A DNA stretch of 51,257 bases, from NCBI GenBank assembly GCA_910592345.1, contig CAJVPI010000125.1, forward strand, positions 1 to 51,257. The letters are read 5' to 3'. The translations under genes were made by a program, and so were the position numbers. Below are positions 27,164 to 39,699 of the stretch, one piece after another. Position 1 is the first letter of the stretch, and every line of letters starts with the position of its first letter. Source of the stretch: Paraglomus brasilianum. Lineage: Eukaryota. The notes below the pieces were generated by a model that saw nothing but the letters and a program-made list of their open reading frames with translations, did not search any database and had not been told where the DNA came from.

Positions 27164-27753
27164 TTTTATGAATTTGTTCTATATATGTAACAGTTACAAT
27201 ATCTTATATCTCTTAAAACTTAGAGTCTCAGATTTTATAATACAGATGAGCAAAAGGAGAAATTTACAGAATAGATGGCAGGAAACAACTGGATACGTAT
27301 AAAAATAACAAGAATGACGAGTAAAAGTCTAAACAAATATTTACGTTGGTACGTCTGCGATATAAAATTTACTCAATGGATATTTTAAATAAAACTGGAA
27401 ACGGGGAAGAACATTATCGAAGCCAAGAAAACAACAGGCCACAAATCGCTGAGGACTCAGGCACGAAGACTTTTGGTGAGAGACAGGGAGTGGGGGTTAG
27501 TTATTGTTTAGACGCAGCGTGGCACCAATTTCCACGTTTAGACGTTTTCATGCGTATCAGGGATAAAATGTCGAAGTTGAAAAAATTTTCGATCGTGAAA
27601 TAGTGGTCAATATTGCCTAATTTAGCATAGCTTTGATAAACCACAAATGCTGGGTATTGTTGTGATGTTTTGCTTTTTCGAATGTTGCTGATTTTTTTAT
27701 TGTTTCCAGCCATAGTAATTGTCTCCATATTCTTTAGGTTGTTCCACAAGGAT

Positions 27754-27817
27754 TGCATCTGCTGTCAATTGATATCAGTATGCATTGTTGGTGCATCGCT
27801 GTCATTTGATATCAGTA
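27754..27817. repeat. About 26-bp direct repeat pair upstream of kinesin
   Basis: tgcatctgctgtcaattgatatcagta (27754-27780) and tgcatcgctgtcatttgatatcagta (27792-27817). Confidence 0.8.
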
Positions 27818-29251
27818 CGTTGTGTGTAATATCCAGCAAGTTCTTTCTATGCGCCTAGAGGACACATAGCCTGCCAACAAGCCCTGTTTCGCATCGCATC
27901 GCCTATAACACTCTTTTGTCGAAAGGCGTATTCCCGAGGACGAAAGAAACCATTATCAGCTGCTGTCTAACAATTTCTACTAAAAATAGCAATTTGAGTT
28001 ACATTAAAGAGAATTGTCCACCGAATTTTCTCTAATCAACATAGGGAATTCCTCGATATACATCAATAACAAGCTCTATTCCGCATGACTGTTCGTTGAC
28101 GCTGCCACGTTAATTCGAAAGACATTCTTTAGATTTATTACATGTTAATGTCTTGGTCAACCAGTTTATAACGGAATTTCCATTAGAAAAAAAGAATGTA
28201 ATCATCTTCATTTCTGGATGACATACTAAATTTATCAATTCTTTCTGGCTTGTAATTCTCTTTTTAAGATAAATTCAACCCTCTCAATAATATTATATTA
28301 GATGTTAAAGTAAGTCTTGTAACTTGTTACCCTTGCAAACAAACACGAAATGATAAAACGTTAGTATTAGGTTGTAAATTGATGCCATTCAGATCCCTGA
28401 AAATTCCACTTCGCGACTCTTTGTAAACAACACGCGTACCTTAAATACGCTCAAGAGACTTTTCTGCGGTTGCTCATCACCGTTGCCATAATTGACATAC
28501 CTCGAAGTGCTTAACCCACTTTTGCGCATTCTCATTGTTGATCAGTTTGCGGAAGTAAAAGCTTCACCATAAAGCCCATTGTTTATAATAATAATACAAA
28601 TAAAAGCCGACCGTAAGTGTACTAGCGCTTAAATCTAATAAATCCGGTCATCAATAGTAATTTATTCATCACCCCCTCAAAGTTTACCATATGAAAATAT
28701 TTCCTGAATTTACAGTATGTACGTGTAACCTGCATACTCTATCATTCCTTTTTTTTTTTTTCCAAAGAACAACCAATCAGGCTAGTGTCACAGTCTGCAG
28801 GTTTAAACTTTATATCATACTCGTAATTTTATCAAAGGAATCGGCGCAAACTTTTCCCATCCCATTGCTGCGAAAGACGGGACACATAAATAGACTTCCG
28901 ATCTATGGCTTGTTATCTTATTTCCTGACTGTACAAGGAAAGGATGGTCATTGGCAGAGAATTGACTAGTCTTGCGATCGATTGTTACATCCATCCGTGG
29001 GGTGAGAAAGTTTCCCGATGTAGTGGCATCTCATCACGTCAGCAACTCGGCACTTGTATCGAGCAAAATATTTCCATCGCGTTACAAACAAGATTTGGAA
29101 GACAACAAGTTTTATTCGGGCTGTTTAATAAATACTTCGGTGTATACATGCCCCATTATACCCCAATTTTTGTAATATAACTAGTATAATATGCCTAATA
29201 AGCAAACTACTACGCAAAATCTTAAAACATAATCTTAAAGGTATTAAAAGT

Positions 29252-30832
<1,581 letters not shown>

Positions 30833-31644
30833 TTTATTGTGGCAAGTCTAAGCGTCAGATATTATTATAGAAAGGTGAGTGAAACTGCGGGATAAAGGGT
30901 TGAGATGTGGGGCGAGGGGTAAAAACTGGTGGACGCAAGCAAGCTTTTATGCATGGATGCGACACATAGCCGCAATCAATGTGGCCAAAAAAAAATGGCC
31001 AAGGTTGGAATTCCAAGGGGGCTTGGTTGCTTAGTCTGGCAGTATGGTTATGACGTTACGATTTCATAAGTCTTTTTTTTTGCTCCGGAGCCGAGACATC
31101 CGCAGCTTATTTCCTTGGGGGGGGTGAAGCAATTATAAGAGTTTCCAAGACTTACAAGCGACTATTACGTCCTTGATAACAGTGACATCGAGCTGTGGGA
31201 TCAAAATCGATCGACATCTCTATGATATGATAGGTTCATTTTCAGCTGCTGCGTTCAGCTATAGCACCTTATAGCAACCTTGCCGCGCGAATGGTGTCAC
31301 GTGGCTCACTGGTGACACTTTTACAAGACAGTATTCTTCTCGGGGGGACAAGAAACCGCCTTGTTTCAGTCTCATTGATTAAAGTGCTGAAGGGAACACT
31401 ATGCATTCCCAAGACATGCTTGGTATCGAAACAAATATTGTGATCTCGGGTTCATCCACGTTTTCTTTCAACGTCTATACTCATCCCGAGATTCGTTTCC
31501 TAGTCGCAAAATACCCGTTCGCATATCACGTGTTTACTGCTTAAAGTGATGTTCGTACAGATAGTTAATAAGATGCGAAAATCATCAATTATCACCAAGA
31601 AAACAGCCAAATAAAGGCACGCGAATCACTCCCCCGCCAAGCAT

Positions 31645-31808
31645 CACCAAGACTGCACATCAATCACGAGCCTGTTGCTGCTAACAAAGACTGCAAATAA
31701 CCAAGACTACGAAAGGGGGTCACAAGTTGTAGCCATGAATAATAAGTAATAAATAATAACCAAGACTACAGAAGGCCTACGCCAAATACAAAATATTCAG
31801 GACTGCGA
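31645..31808. repeat. Dispersed short repeats with core aagact(g/a)c
   Basis: caccaagactgc, aacaaagactgc, ataaccaagactac (twice) and caggactgc within about 165 bp. Confidence 0.6.
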
Positions 31809-33839
31809 GTATCACAAGCAGAATAAAAGCCTGGGCTATTTGTAATTAATGCTGTACGTGAGAAGGATGTGATTAGGCAATAACCACCATGAAACCCACT
31901 GTAAATTCAAATCATTCTGCGCAAGAATGATCCGACGCCCCTTGGCAAATGGAGTGGATGTCAATCTTACACATGATTGCAAAATTTAATATTAATCCGG
32001 CAGTAGTACAGTTGTGGCGTCAACAATCTCGTCCCCCCTGCATTTTTGGAAAAGTGCGCACATTTGATTACCTTCGATCTGAATTTAAATTGGTTCAACT
32101 CAAATCGCAATTAGATTTAACATGAATAATTGTAAACCAGGCAAATGTAAAAAGCAACATCACTGTGCTTTATTGTGGAGAGTTTTTCCTCAATAAAATC
32201 TATACAAGTGGAAGCAACATTGCACAGGTAATCGAAGTATTAGTTGTATGTAGCAATTGGTATTCATAACGGTTTTTCTATGTTTGGAAAAAAATCCATG
32301 CCGAAATTTCTTTTTTCAAAATTATTTGTTTGTTTATTCTTATTTAATCACGTACCCAGATATCGGACAACCTCATGGAGTAGACGTGGATAACGTATTC
32401 ATGTTTTCACAACGATAATAAACGTTGTGATGATGTAACTATAGTAGTTGATTCGCCCATCAAACTCGATTTTCAACAATCAGTTTAAATCATAATCATA
32501 ATCATAATGCATCTCGATATAATAATAAAAAAAGGGTCCTAATATGTCAAGTGAAACGTTATTTACAGGAAAAAAATTTCGTAATAATGGTACGAATTAA
32601 AGGAGTGACTTGACTCGAGAAGGAGACATACGATTCGCGTTCTTATTTGTAACACATTCTATGAATACTAAAGTTGTTACACGTGCGAAACCGGGGAAGC
32701 AATGTTGTTTGTGAAAAAAACATGTGTTTGAGATTGCAATGTTAAAGTTATGATTTCAATTCCCTCCAATAATCTTGTTGGATTGCTGTAAGAATGAGAA
32801 TCAATTGGACTTTGGGAAAAAAGTGCATAGCTCTGCATGAAACATATCAGAGTCACGTTTTCTGATAGCTAAATGTCCACACTGCATCTTACAAGAAAAA
32901 GCTGTCTATTAAAAAGAAACGCGACAACGGTGAATGTGGAAGGAGGGCAATCGAAATTGTCTAATGTCAAACAGTTGAAGATTTGCTTTCTCTTTATTCC
33001 AAAATTGAGATGGCTGAACTTTATAAACTACAAAGTAAAAGTGAGCACTGTACTAAACCGTTCTTCAAAAACAGTATTATTGATAAGCAAAACTTGCTAA
33101 TATAAGCGACAATTCTGTACTACCAAATAACCAGTTAAATTCCAGTTTAACCCATAGACAACACGAGTAGAACCAATGGTAAGCGATTAGCGGTTACAGT
33201 CGATCCTACTAAAAATCAAATAACCAACAAAATACACCTACTTAGGTATTGTCACATAATAAACCGGTTTGTTCCGATGATTGATATCTTAGAGAAATAC
33301 TCTAAATTCTATACATTCAGACGCAATTATACACTGCCAGTAATAATGTTCCAGCACTAGAACACATCGTTTATTCGATGAGGAAGACGCGAAAGATGGG
33401 GAGAATCGACAAGTGAGACTCGTAGAGGAAGGGAAAGTTCACAAGCGAAATTGATGGTAGAAAGTCGAAATTCTCCTCTCGTGCAAAAGACGAGAACTAA
33501 ACTCTAACGAGGTTGAGTGTATGTATGTATATATATATCTATGAATAGATTATCGGTGAAAATAAGACTACTAATACAAATTAATAAAGAAAGGAAAAGA
33601 AAACCCCATGTGATTCGAACACAAGCCTAGAACACGCACATTCTATTCTACAAGGAAAGGGAAATTTTTTAACAAGTAAAATACAGATAAATAGGGAACC
33701 TCTTGTAGCAGTAGCATTCCTTCATTTCGTTGGGGAGAAATTGGAATCCCTGCCATTAATTAGAATGGATGGCAGTATAATTATGATGCCAAATAGATAG
33801 TATGTATCTATAGGTCTATCTCTACGTTGAAGTTCGACT

Positions 33840-34481
33840 TTACAATGCAAGGGCTATAACGACAGCTCCCAACGTGACTATGAAAGAACCAGCCCATTGA
33901 GCAGAGATGGCTGCACTCGCAAGAGGTACGGGATTTGGATCACTCCCCGTTGTGTTTGTAGGTGTAGAATTATCATAAGAACCATCTCCAGAACCATCCC
34001 CAGGTACAGAATCATCCCCCGATCCATCGGGTTTGTTGCCGCTTTTGTTGGGTTTACCACTATTGGTAGTATTGGTAGTATTGGTACTGGTATTGTTTGG
34101 TTTCGGCGCGGCCGTGTTATTGTCGTCAATTACACTTGCACAAAGAGTCTTCACTATCTGACCCTCTTTAGTCAAAGCCGTAGCATCATCCGAGTTGCAG
34201 TTACATTCGTCTAGAATCGTCGGTACTTTTGGCACCAATGCGCACAGACAGGGGATAAGTTTGGGGAAATCACCCTTCTTGGCAATGATTTCCTCGTCAG
34301 TAAGCTTGGAGAATTCACTTATTTCCGACTGTGGGACGTTTTGGCATTGTGGCAACTTGTTTCGCTCTGAAACCCAGCATGAAGAACAAGTATTACCGTT
34401 GTTGTCGGGTGCTGGTCCTGCAGACACGAAGACGGATGATACGAGTATGGCGAGGGAGATGAGGTGGTAGGAGATGCGCAT
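33840..34481 (-). CDS. Secreted, probably GPI-anchored cell-surface protein with an 8-Cys (CFEM-like) domain, 213 aa
   Basis: Signal peptide, 8 Cys (CxxC..C..CxC..CxC..C), N/T/S/G/D-rich stalk, and a hydrophobic C-terminus after ASAA (typical GPI signal). Single exon. Confidence 0.85.
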   Translation of the reverse strand: MRISYHLISLAILVSSVFVSAGPAPDNNGNTCSSCWVSERNKLPQCQNVPQSEISEFSKLTDEEIIAKKGDFPKLIPCLCALVPKVPTILDECNCNSDDATALTKEGQIVKTLCASVIDDNNTAAPKPNNTSTNTTNTTNSGKPNKSGNKPDGSGDDSVPGDGSGDGSYDNSTPTNTTGSDPNPVPLASAAISAQWAGSFIVTLGAVVIALAL

Positions 34482-36006
34482 GTTGTAGGTGTGTGGGTAT
34501 GCGTGTATTATTACACGGGAAAAGGGTTAGTAAAGAGAGTGAAGAGGTAAAAGGAAATAGGTAAAATAAGTGAGTAAGCACGTCGAATGGGTGATAATGG
34601 TATTTATGTACGGTTGTTAATTTCGCATAGTTCAAGTGACACAAAATTCTGTAATACAGAGTATTCTATATAGTAAATTGCATTGCATGCGTATCAAGAA
34701 ATCGGGTTTCACAGTATCTTATTTATAATTGAAAGACGTAAACTGCTTTATGCAATAGATAGATTACTGAGTGTTATGAAGAGCGCACTCGCATTAGTTC
34801 TTGTTTGTTTTATGTGCATGCATTGAATGTGGGACATCATCCGTAATCGGAACCTATTGGTTGCTTAGTTCTGTTTGGATAACGGAATTTTCGGTAACAT
34901 TTAATTTGTCAGTGCCTATTACTTAATAAGGAAAGGCCATTAAATTAGTATTCCCATCCATCCATCAATCAATCGAATGAAATGAACACAAGCGAGCATG
35001 CCATAAGGCATTATTGATAAGGAGGTGAAAGGATAAGGAAGGGAGCAACTAGAAAGAAAAGAGAATGTGTCGATTGGCTAAAAGCGTGCAGTGTAACACT
35101 TTGGGATCAATAGTATTGTAACATAACATAACGACAATAGTAAATAGATCTTGGCCTTTAATAACTGTGTATATGGGAATTCATTATTATTTTCGGCAAT
35201 GTCTTCAGTTTTTCGAAATCGATTTTTCCAAGCTATTAATAGATAACAATAACAATGCATGAAATATAGTATTGAGTAAGTATCGATAGTAAAATTCAAG
35301 TCGATTTCTAAAAGACGGCTCTCTTAAATTGAATGTGCTATATAGCAGGACTTGCCATTCCTAGTACTAGAGTGACTTTAACTAGTCGAAATTTACATAG
35401 ACAATGATTATTTGCCGTCTAGCATATTTTTGCGACTTGAGATAATATATTCAATGCATAAACTTTTTTCTCATCTCAACTATTTATTTTATTGGCATTT
35501 TTAGAAATTGCAATACTTGGCAAGATCTAAACGTTTCATGTGACTAACGTTTTTACCTAATTTAACTTGTATTACTATTTCTGATATTATCTCTGTTTAC
35601 TGTGAGCGGATATGAGAGATATACAAGGTGTGTTTACTTTTTTTATTCGAACGATTAAAAAATTTAATTTACATTATTGGCGTCCGGATAACGTGTATTC
35701 CTGTCTAAATCATAGGAATGATAAGCGTCTGGCGAATAAGTCTATTGCTATGTGTATTTGATTAAAGTAAAAACTTATCAACTCGTGATGAAAGTAAGTC
35801 GGGAGATCCTTTCTATTCAACGACTGGATGCATAAGTGGTTACAGATGTTATTGGCTACGTTTGACAAATATTACTGATGACTGTAAACATATCCGAAAA
35901 GATTTCAAATAAAATGTTATAAGATTGAGCAATTTCATGTGTAATCGTGTTAGATTTCGGCAACGATGCAGCGAGCAATTTTGCTCTTACCAATTCGTTT
36001 ACTTGA

Positions 36007-36455
36007 TACATTCCCCGGACAAAAGTTTGAACCCAAAACTATTTTGAACGTTTTTCAAATTGTACTAAATCACTAGTTATGATTTTTATATCATTTGAAA
36101 GCTCTTGTTCTCAACAAAGTTTTTTATTAATACCAAATTTGCATTTTATGAACTTTTATTATGACAAAAATTTAAAAATAAAATTGTCGTCGAAATTGCA
36201 AAATTGACATACAGTACAATTTTATATCCAACCATTAAAAAATTATATTTCTTACTAATCTTAATACCCAGTTGGCCAATCATTATTGGTAGTACATTCT
36301 TCAATCCTTCTGGGCATACTATCAATTAACTTTCACGAGGAATTTTCACCCACTCTTGTTTTAAAAAATTCTCCAATTTCGTGGAGGTTCAGGACGACTT
36401 TTTAACCTTTGACCAAGTTCATTCCACAAATGCTCGATTAGATTAAAGTCCGGAT
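36007..36455 (-). mobile_element. 3' part of a Tc1-like transposon (transposase C-terminus plus terminal end)
   Basis: 36453-36261 (minus, frameshifted) reads PDFNLIEHLWNEL..RLKSRPEPPRN..LENFLKQEWVKIPRE..LIDSMPRRIEECTTNNDWPTGY*. Tc1-type end TAcattccccggacaaaagtttg at 36007. Confidence 0.8.
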
Positions 36456-36459
36456 GGAT

Positions 36460-36530
36460 TGTAACATATCAATAGTAGGCATTATAATTACTACTATTTC
36501 CTGCATGATCTCCGGAGAGAATCAAGGCTC
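36460..36530 (-). ncRNA. Candidate Fanzor omegaRNA scaffold (3' part)
   Basis: Two hairpins directly after the nuclease stop: TGAT-TCTCTCCGGAGA-TCA (36506-36524) and a perfect 8-bp stem AATAGTAG/CTACTATT with a 12-nt loop (36471-36498). The position is where TnpB/Fanzor omegaRNAs lie. Transcription is not shown. Confidence 0.4.
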
Positions 36531-38444
36531 ATCAAGCAATGCCCGGAGAAAGATTCCCCGAGCGCCATTTTCATCTCGATCCATTACAGTTCCACAACTC
36601 CGGCACTTGTACTCCTATTTTTTGAACAGCTGCAAGTTTTGGAAGTATAGGCCTCGTTGCTTTAGCCACCAGGCGTTGGCGAAACTGATAGTGGCTCCAG
36701 CAGAGCATTTTGCGAACCGTTTTTCGTGATATTTTTCTTGGTTTTCGATTTATCATATTCGACACCTCAAAAGGAGGCGAATGAAAAATGCGACACTCTT
36801 TTTATAAAGTTCGCTTTGCAAGTGTTTGACTTATCAAGTCGCAAGGCCTGTTTCTTTTTACGTTTCGAACTAGAGGCAGCTAGTTTGTCCTTTACAGAAA
36901 GGAGATTTTTCATATGCTTGCATAGGTGAAAATAATTCGTCCAATGTTGTATTGGCCAATTTTACCTACGCCTTTAGTGTGAGAGTACCAGGTGAAGGGT
37001 GTACGAACGCCAGGATCGTTGGAAACTGCATGAAGTCCGCTTGGGTTTCGCGGAGTTGTTTCTGCGTCTCGTAAGTTTACAGTCGGACGTTATTTTGTGA
37101 GAAACAGGCCACTTATTGTTTTCGAAATGAAGCGGCCACAAATCGCGTTTTTCGTCCAGAGTGATAATAGGCTTATGGGTGGGGTGCGGAGATGAGTGAC
37201 ATAGAAGCGGTCCCACGTGGATTTGGAAAAGTTCTGCGCGCGAATTATCATTGTTTGTCGCAAATCTTTTCGGGATCGAAATGACAAAGACGAACTTCTT
37301 TGCTGATTTGTGGTTAATCCTATATTATCTTATCTCTAGCAGTTAACGCTTCATCAATCGCTTTGTTGATAATGTTTGCAGACGCCTTGCCGTGTGTACC
37401 TTGAAGGACCATTCCAATACGCACGACAGTTCGCACAAATTTGCGTTCACCCCATACGCATGATCTTTGGAGTCTCTTGTCCTCACGCTCATTAACATCT
37501 TTTCCTACACGAACATCCGCGTAAAGCTTAGCTTATCTTCAATGGGTTGAGTTTTTAGCCAAACCCATCGTAATAGACCAGTATGCGAATTTTTTGTATG
37601 GAAATGGCGGTATCGACTCCAGCGGACAACTAACTGCATTATAGGCATATCTTGACAAGCCCATCCACCGTTTCAATAGGACTTTTCAGAATGTTGCAGA
37701 ATATTACTTTAGTAAAGCTAATTTACCGAACCACCATATCAACACGGCTCTTGACTGGACAATTATGCAGATGGTATTTCTCGCGAACTACGATGAGTTT
37801 GCAACAGCCCCTGGACTTGAGGAAAGAAAAGCATTTCACGGACAAATTGCACCATTTGTGGTGGCGTGAACAGGTCAATGCGAGACTTGAAGTTCTCTGC
37901 AATTTCACTTACACGCTCCTGTATTGTCAAAAATTTCGTCGTGAGTTTTAAAATAGAATAATTTTCTTAAAATATCAATAAAAAAAAGATACATACTTCC
38001 AATGCTACGAAGTGACAAAATGTCGACCTGCTTTTGAGGGTGATTTGGATATACCTTTATTGGCAGCGTACGATGGAGAGCTTCCAAGTGTTGCCGTTTG
38101 TTGCGTGCTGCTGTTGTCCTGATCTTGCGCTTTTTCCTTGTGTGGGGTTCTCGTCGGGCGACTCTTCCTCCTTGCTTGATTTCAGGAAAGTTTGTACTCG
38201 TCGGAGGTCGCTTTGTTGACGAAAACCATGAGTTTTGTAGTATGGGGAGAGTGGAAGAGGTGCGGCAGAGTCGGCCACAATGGGTAACCACAATTTCTGA
38301 GACCATGCCGCGACTTTTCCGTTCCAATAAGGTCTTACGTTTATGTTGGGGAGCTGAGGACCTCCTTTTGTTTGAACCCTTTTTTGGTGGGTTTGGCGGC
38401 GGCGGCGGCAGTGGTGGTGGTGGTGGTGGTGATGATGTTAGCAT
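36522..38444 (-). pseudogene. Fanzor (eukaryotic TnpB-like RNA-guided nuclease), IS607/Fanzor2-like, frameshifted and interrupted
   Basis: Ordered motifs: PYWNGKVAAWSQKLWLP..NSWFS; RTLPIKVYPNHPQKQV[insert]LLKRWMGLSRYAYN; AIDEALTARD..SFRSRKD; RuvC-I SNDPGVRTPFTWYS (D ~37015); RuvC-II PPFEVSNM (E ~36766); RKMLCWSHYQFRQRL; EAYTSKTCSC..KCRSCG (zinc finger); RuvC-III MDRDENGARGIFLRA (~36573). Confidence 0.92.
37680..38024 (-). other. 345-bp insertion inside Fanzor, carrying an apparent spliced-gene 3' fragment
   Basis: Removing it restores QKQV-LLKRWMG. The insert has a GTATGT..CTCAC..ACAG intron (37996-37919) joining TFCHFVALE|ERVSEIAENFKSRIDLFTPPQMVQFVREMLFFPQVQGLLQTHRSSREIPSA*. Confidence 0.65.
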
Positions 38445-38717
38445 TGAGGGGAGAGATTATGTGTTTACGATTTGGATTTTCAAATGAGCAAAATATTGCA
38501 ATGGTTAAAGAGTTTGGGGGATAATGTCTTTAAATATGTTTATGGTTGTCGGTATTTAAATGGCGGAACCGAAAACACGCATAAAACATGCGGTAACATT
38601 AATATTCTCCGTTTTATCAATCAATCAAACGACGACGACGTTAAGATAGATGGGTTTATTCAAAGGCTATGTCGTTTTAAAAAAGACGTAGTAAATGACA
38701 GTATTAAATGTAAAAGG

Positions 38718-39308
38718 CAAGTAACTCTAGACAGATATCTTATGTAAATAAAGAAGAAAGTTTTATTCCCGTTAATTAAGGACTGTCTTATAACAAGAGA
38801 CTCTCGATATAAGAAAGGAATTTGGCGGGTCCCGATCACTTTCTTATATCGAGAGCCACTTGTATAAGGAAAATTAATTTCAATAAACACGGATAACTCA
38901 CATTCTTAAACAAACCACATTTTCATGCGCGTAGGATTGCGCGTGGGCTCCATATAAGATTGCATGTTTTATGCGCATAGGCTCCATATAAGATTGATAA
39001 CTTTACTATGAACAATACTTCGTTATGCTCTCCTCCTCTTCTTCTTCTTCAATTGTTTCGTTATCACTAGGCAATAAATTCATTATAGGCAGTTGATCAA
39101 TTAATATTAAAGGATGCGCGTTATGCAGAGGTCTCACAACATTCTAAAATGGAAAATTTTGGTGTTACTCTTCTTATTCGAGAGATTTATAATAAACTTT
39201 CTTATATAAAGAAAATTTTTCGTAGTAAAAATCGGGACCAGCCAAAAAGCTTTCTTATAGGCTATCTTTCTTATATCGAAGGGTTCTTATATCGAGAGCC
39301 ACTTGTAT
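38718..39308. mobile_element. pogo/Tigger-like non-autonomous element
   Basis: Terminal motif ttcttatatcgagagccacttgTA at about 39285-39308 and again internally at about 38842-38866. ggtccc/gggacc motifs, a degenerate left end caagtaactctag, and an internal ggctccatataagattg duplication. Confidence 0.7.
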
Positions 39309-39699
39309 TTGATTTGATCCACACAAAACTGTATTAATCATCAGGTATAACCTATTCTGTCACTCTGGTGCAAATTCAAATTTTATTATCTTTTATACTA
39401 TTGCTATTACTATCATTAATAATATTATTATCGATGTCATTAATTTATTTACACTTTTCTTCGTTAATCCAACGTTGAATTGCCTCAATTGTCTTTTTCT
39501 GCGGTGTTGTTCTTCGAAGATAAAAATTTCGTATTGTGGAAGATGCCATTTCGTTATGGATCCAATTCGGTTCGTTTATCATATAATTGTCTTAGATCGT
39601 TCCACAGTGTTTCACAGTTTTGTTACGGTTTACTTTATCGTTTGAATTAAGCTCTCATATTATTAAGCAAATTATGCTATTTAGCAATAGGCCGAGAAT

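Noticed and set aside
33604..33661. tRNA gene
   Set aside because: A T-loop-like hairpin is present, but the region is too short and lacks a D-arm and a 7-bp acceptor stem.
38445..38720. IS607 serine recombinase (TnpA) or the 5' half of the Tc1 upstream of Fanzor
   Set aside because: No Y.RVS resolvase motif or QDNA..H motif is readable; only a weak ENINV match.
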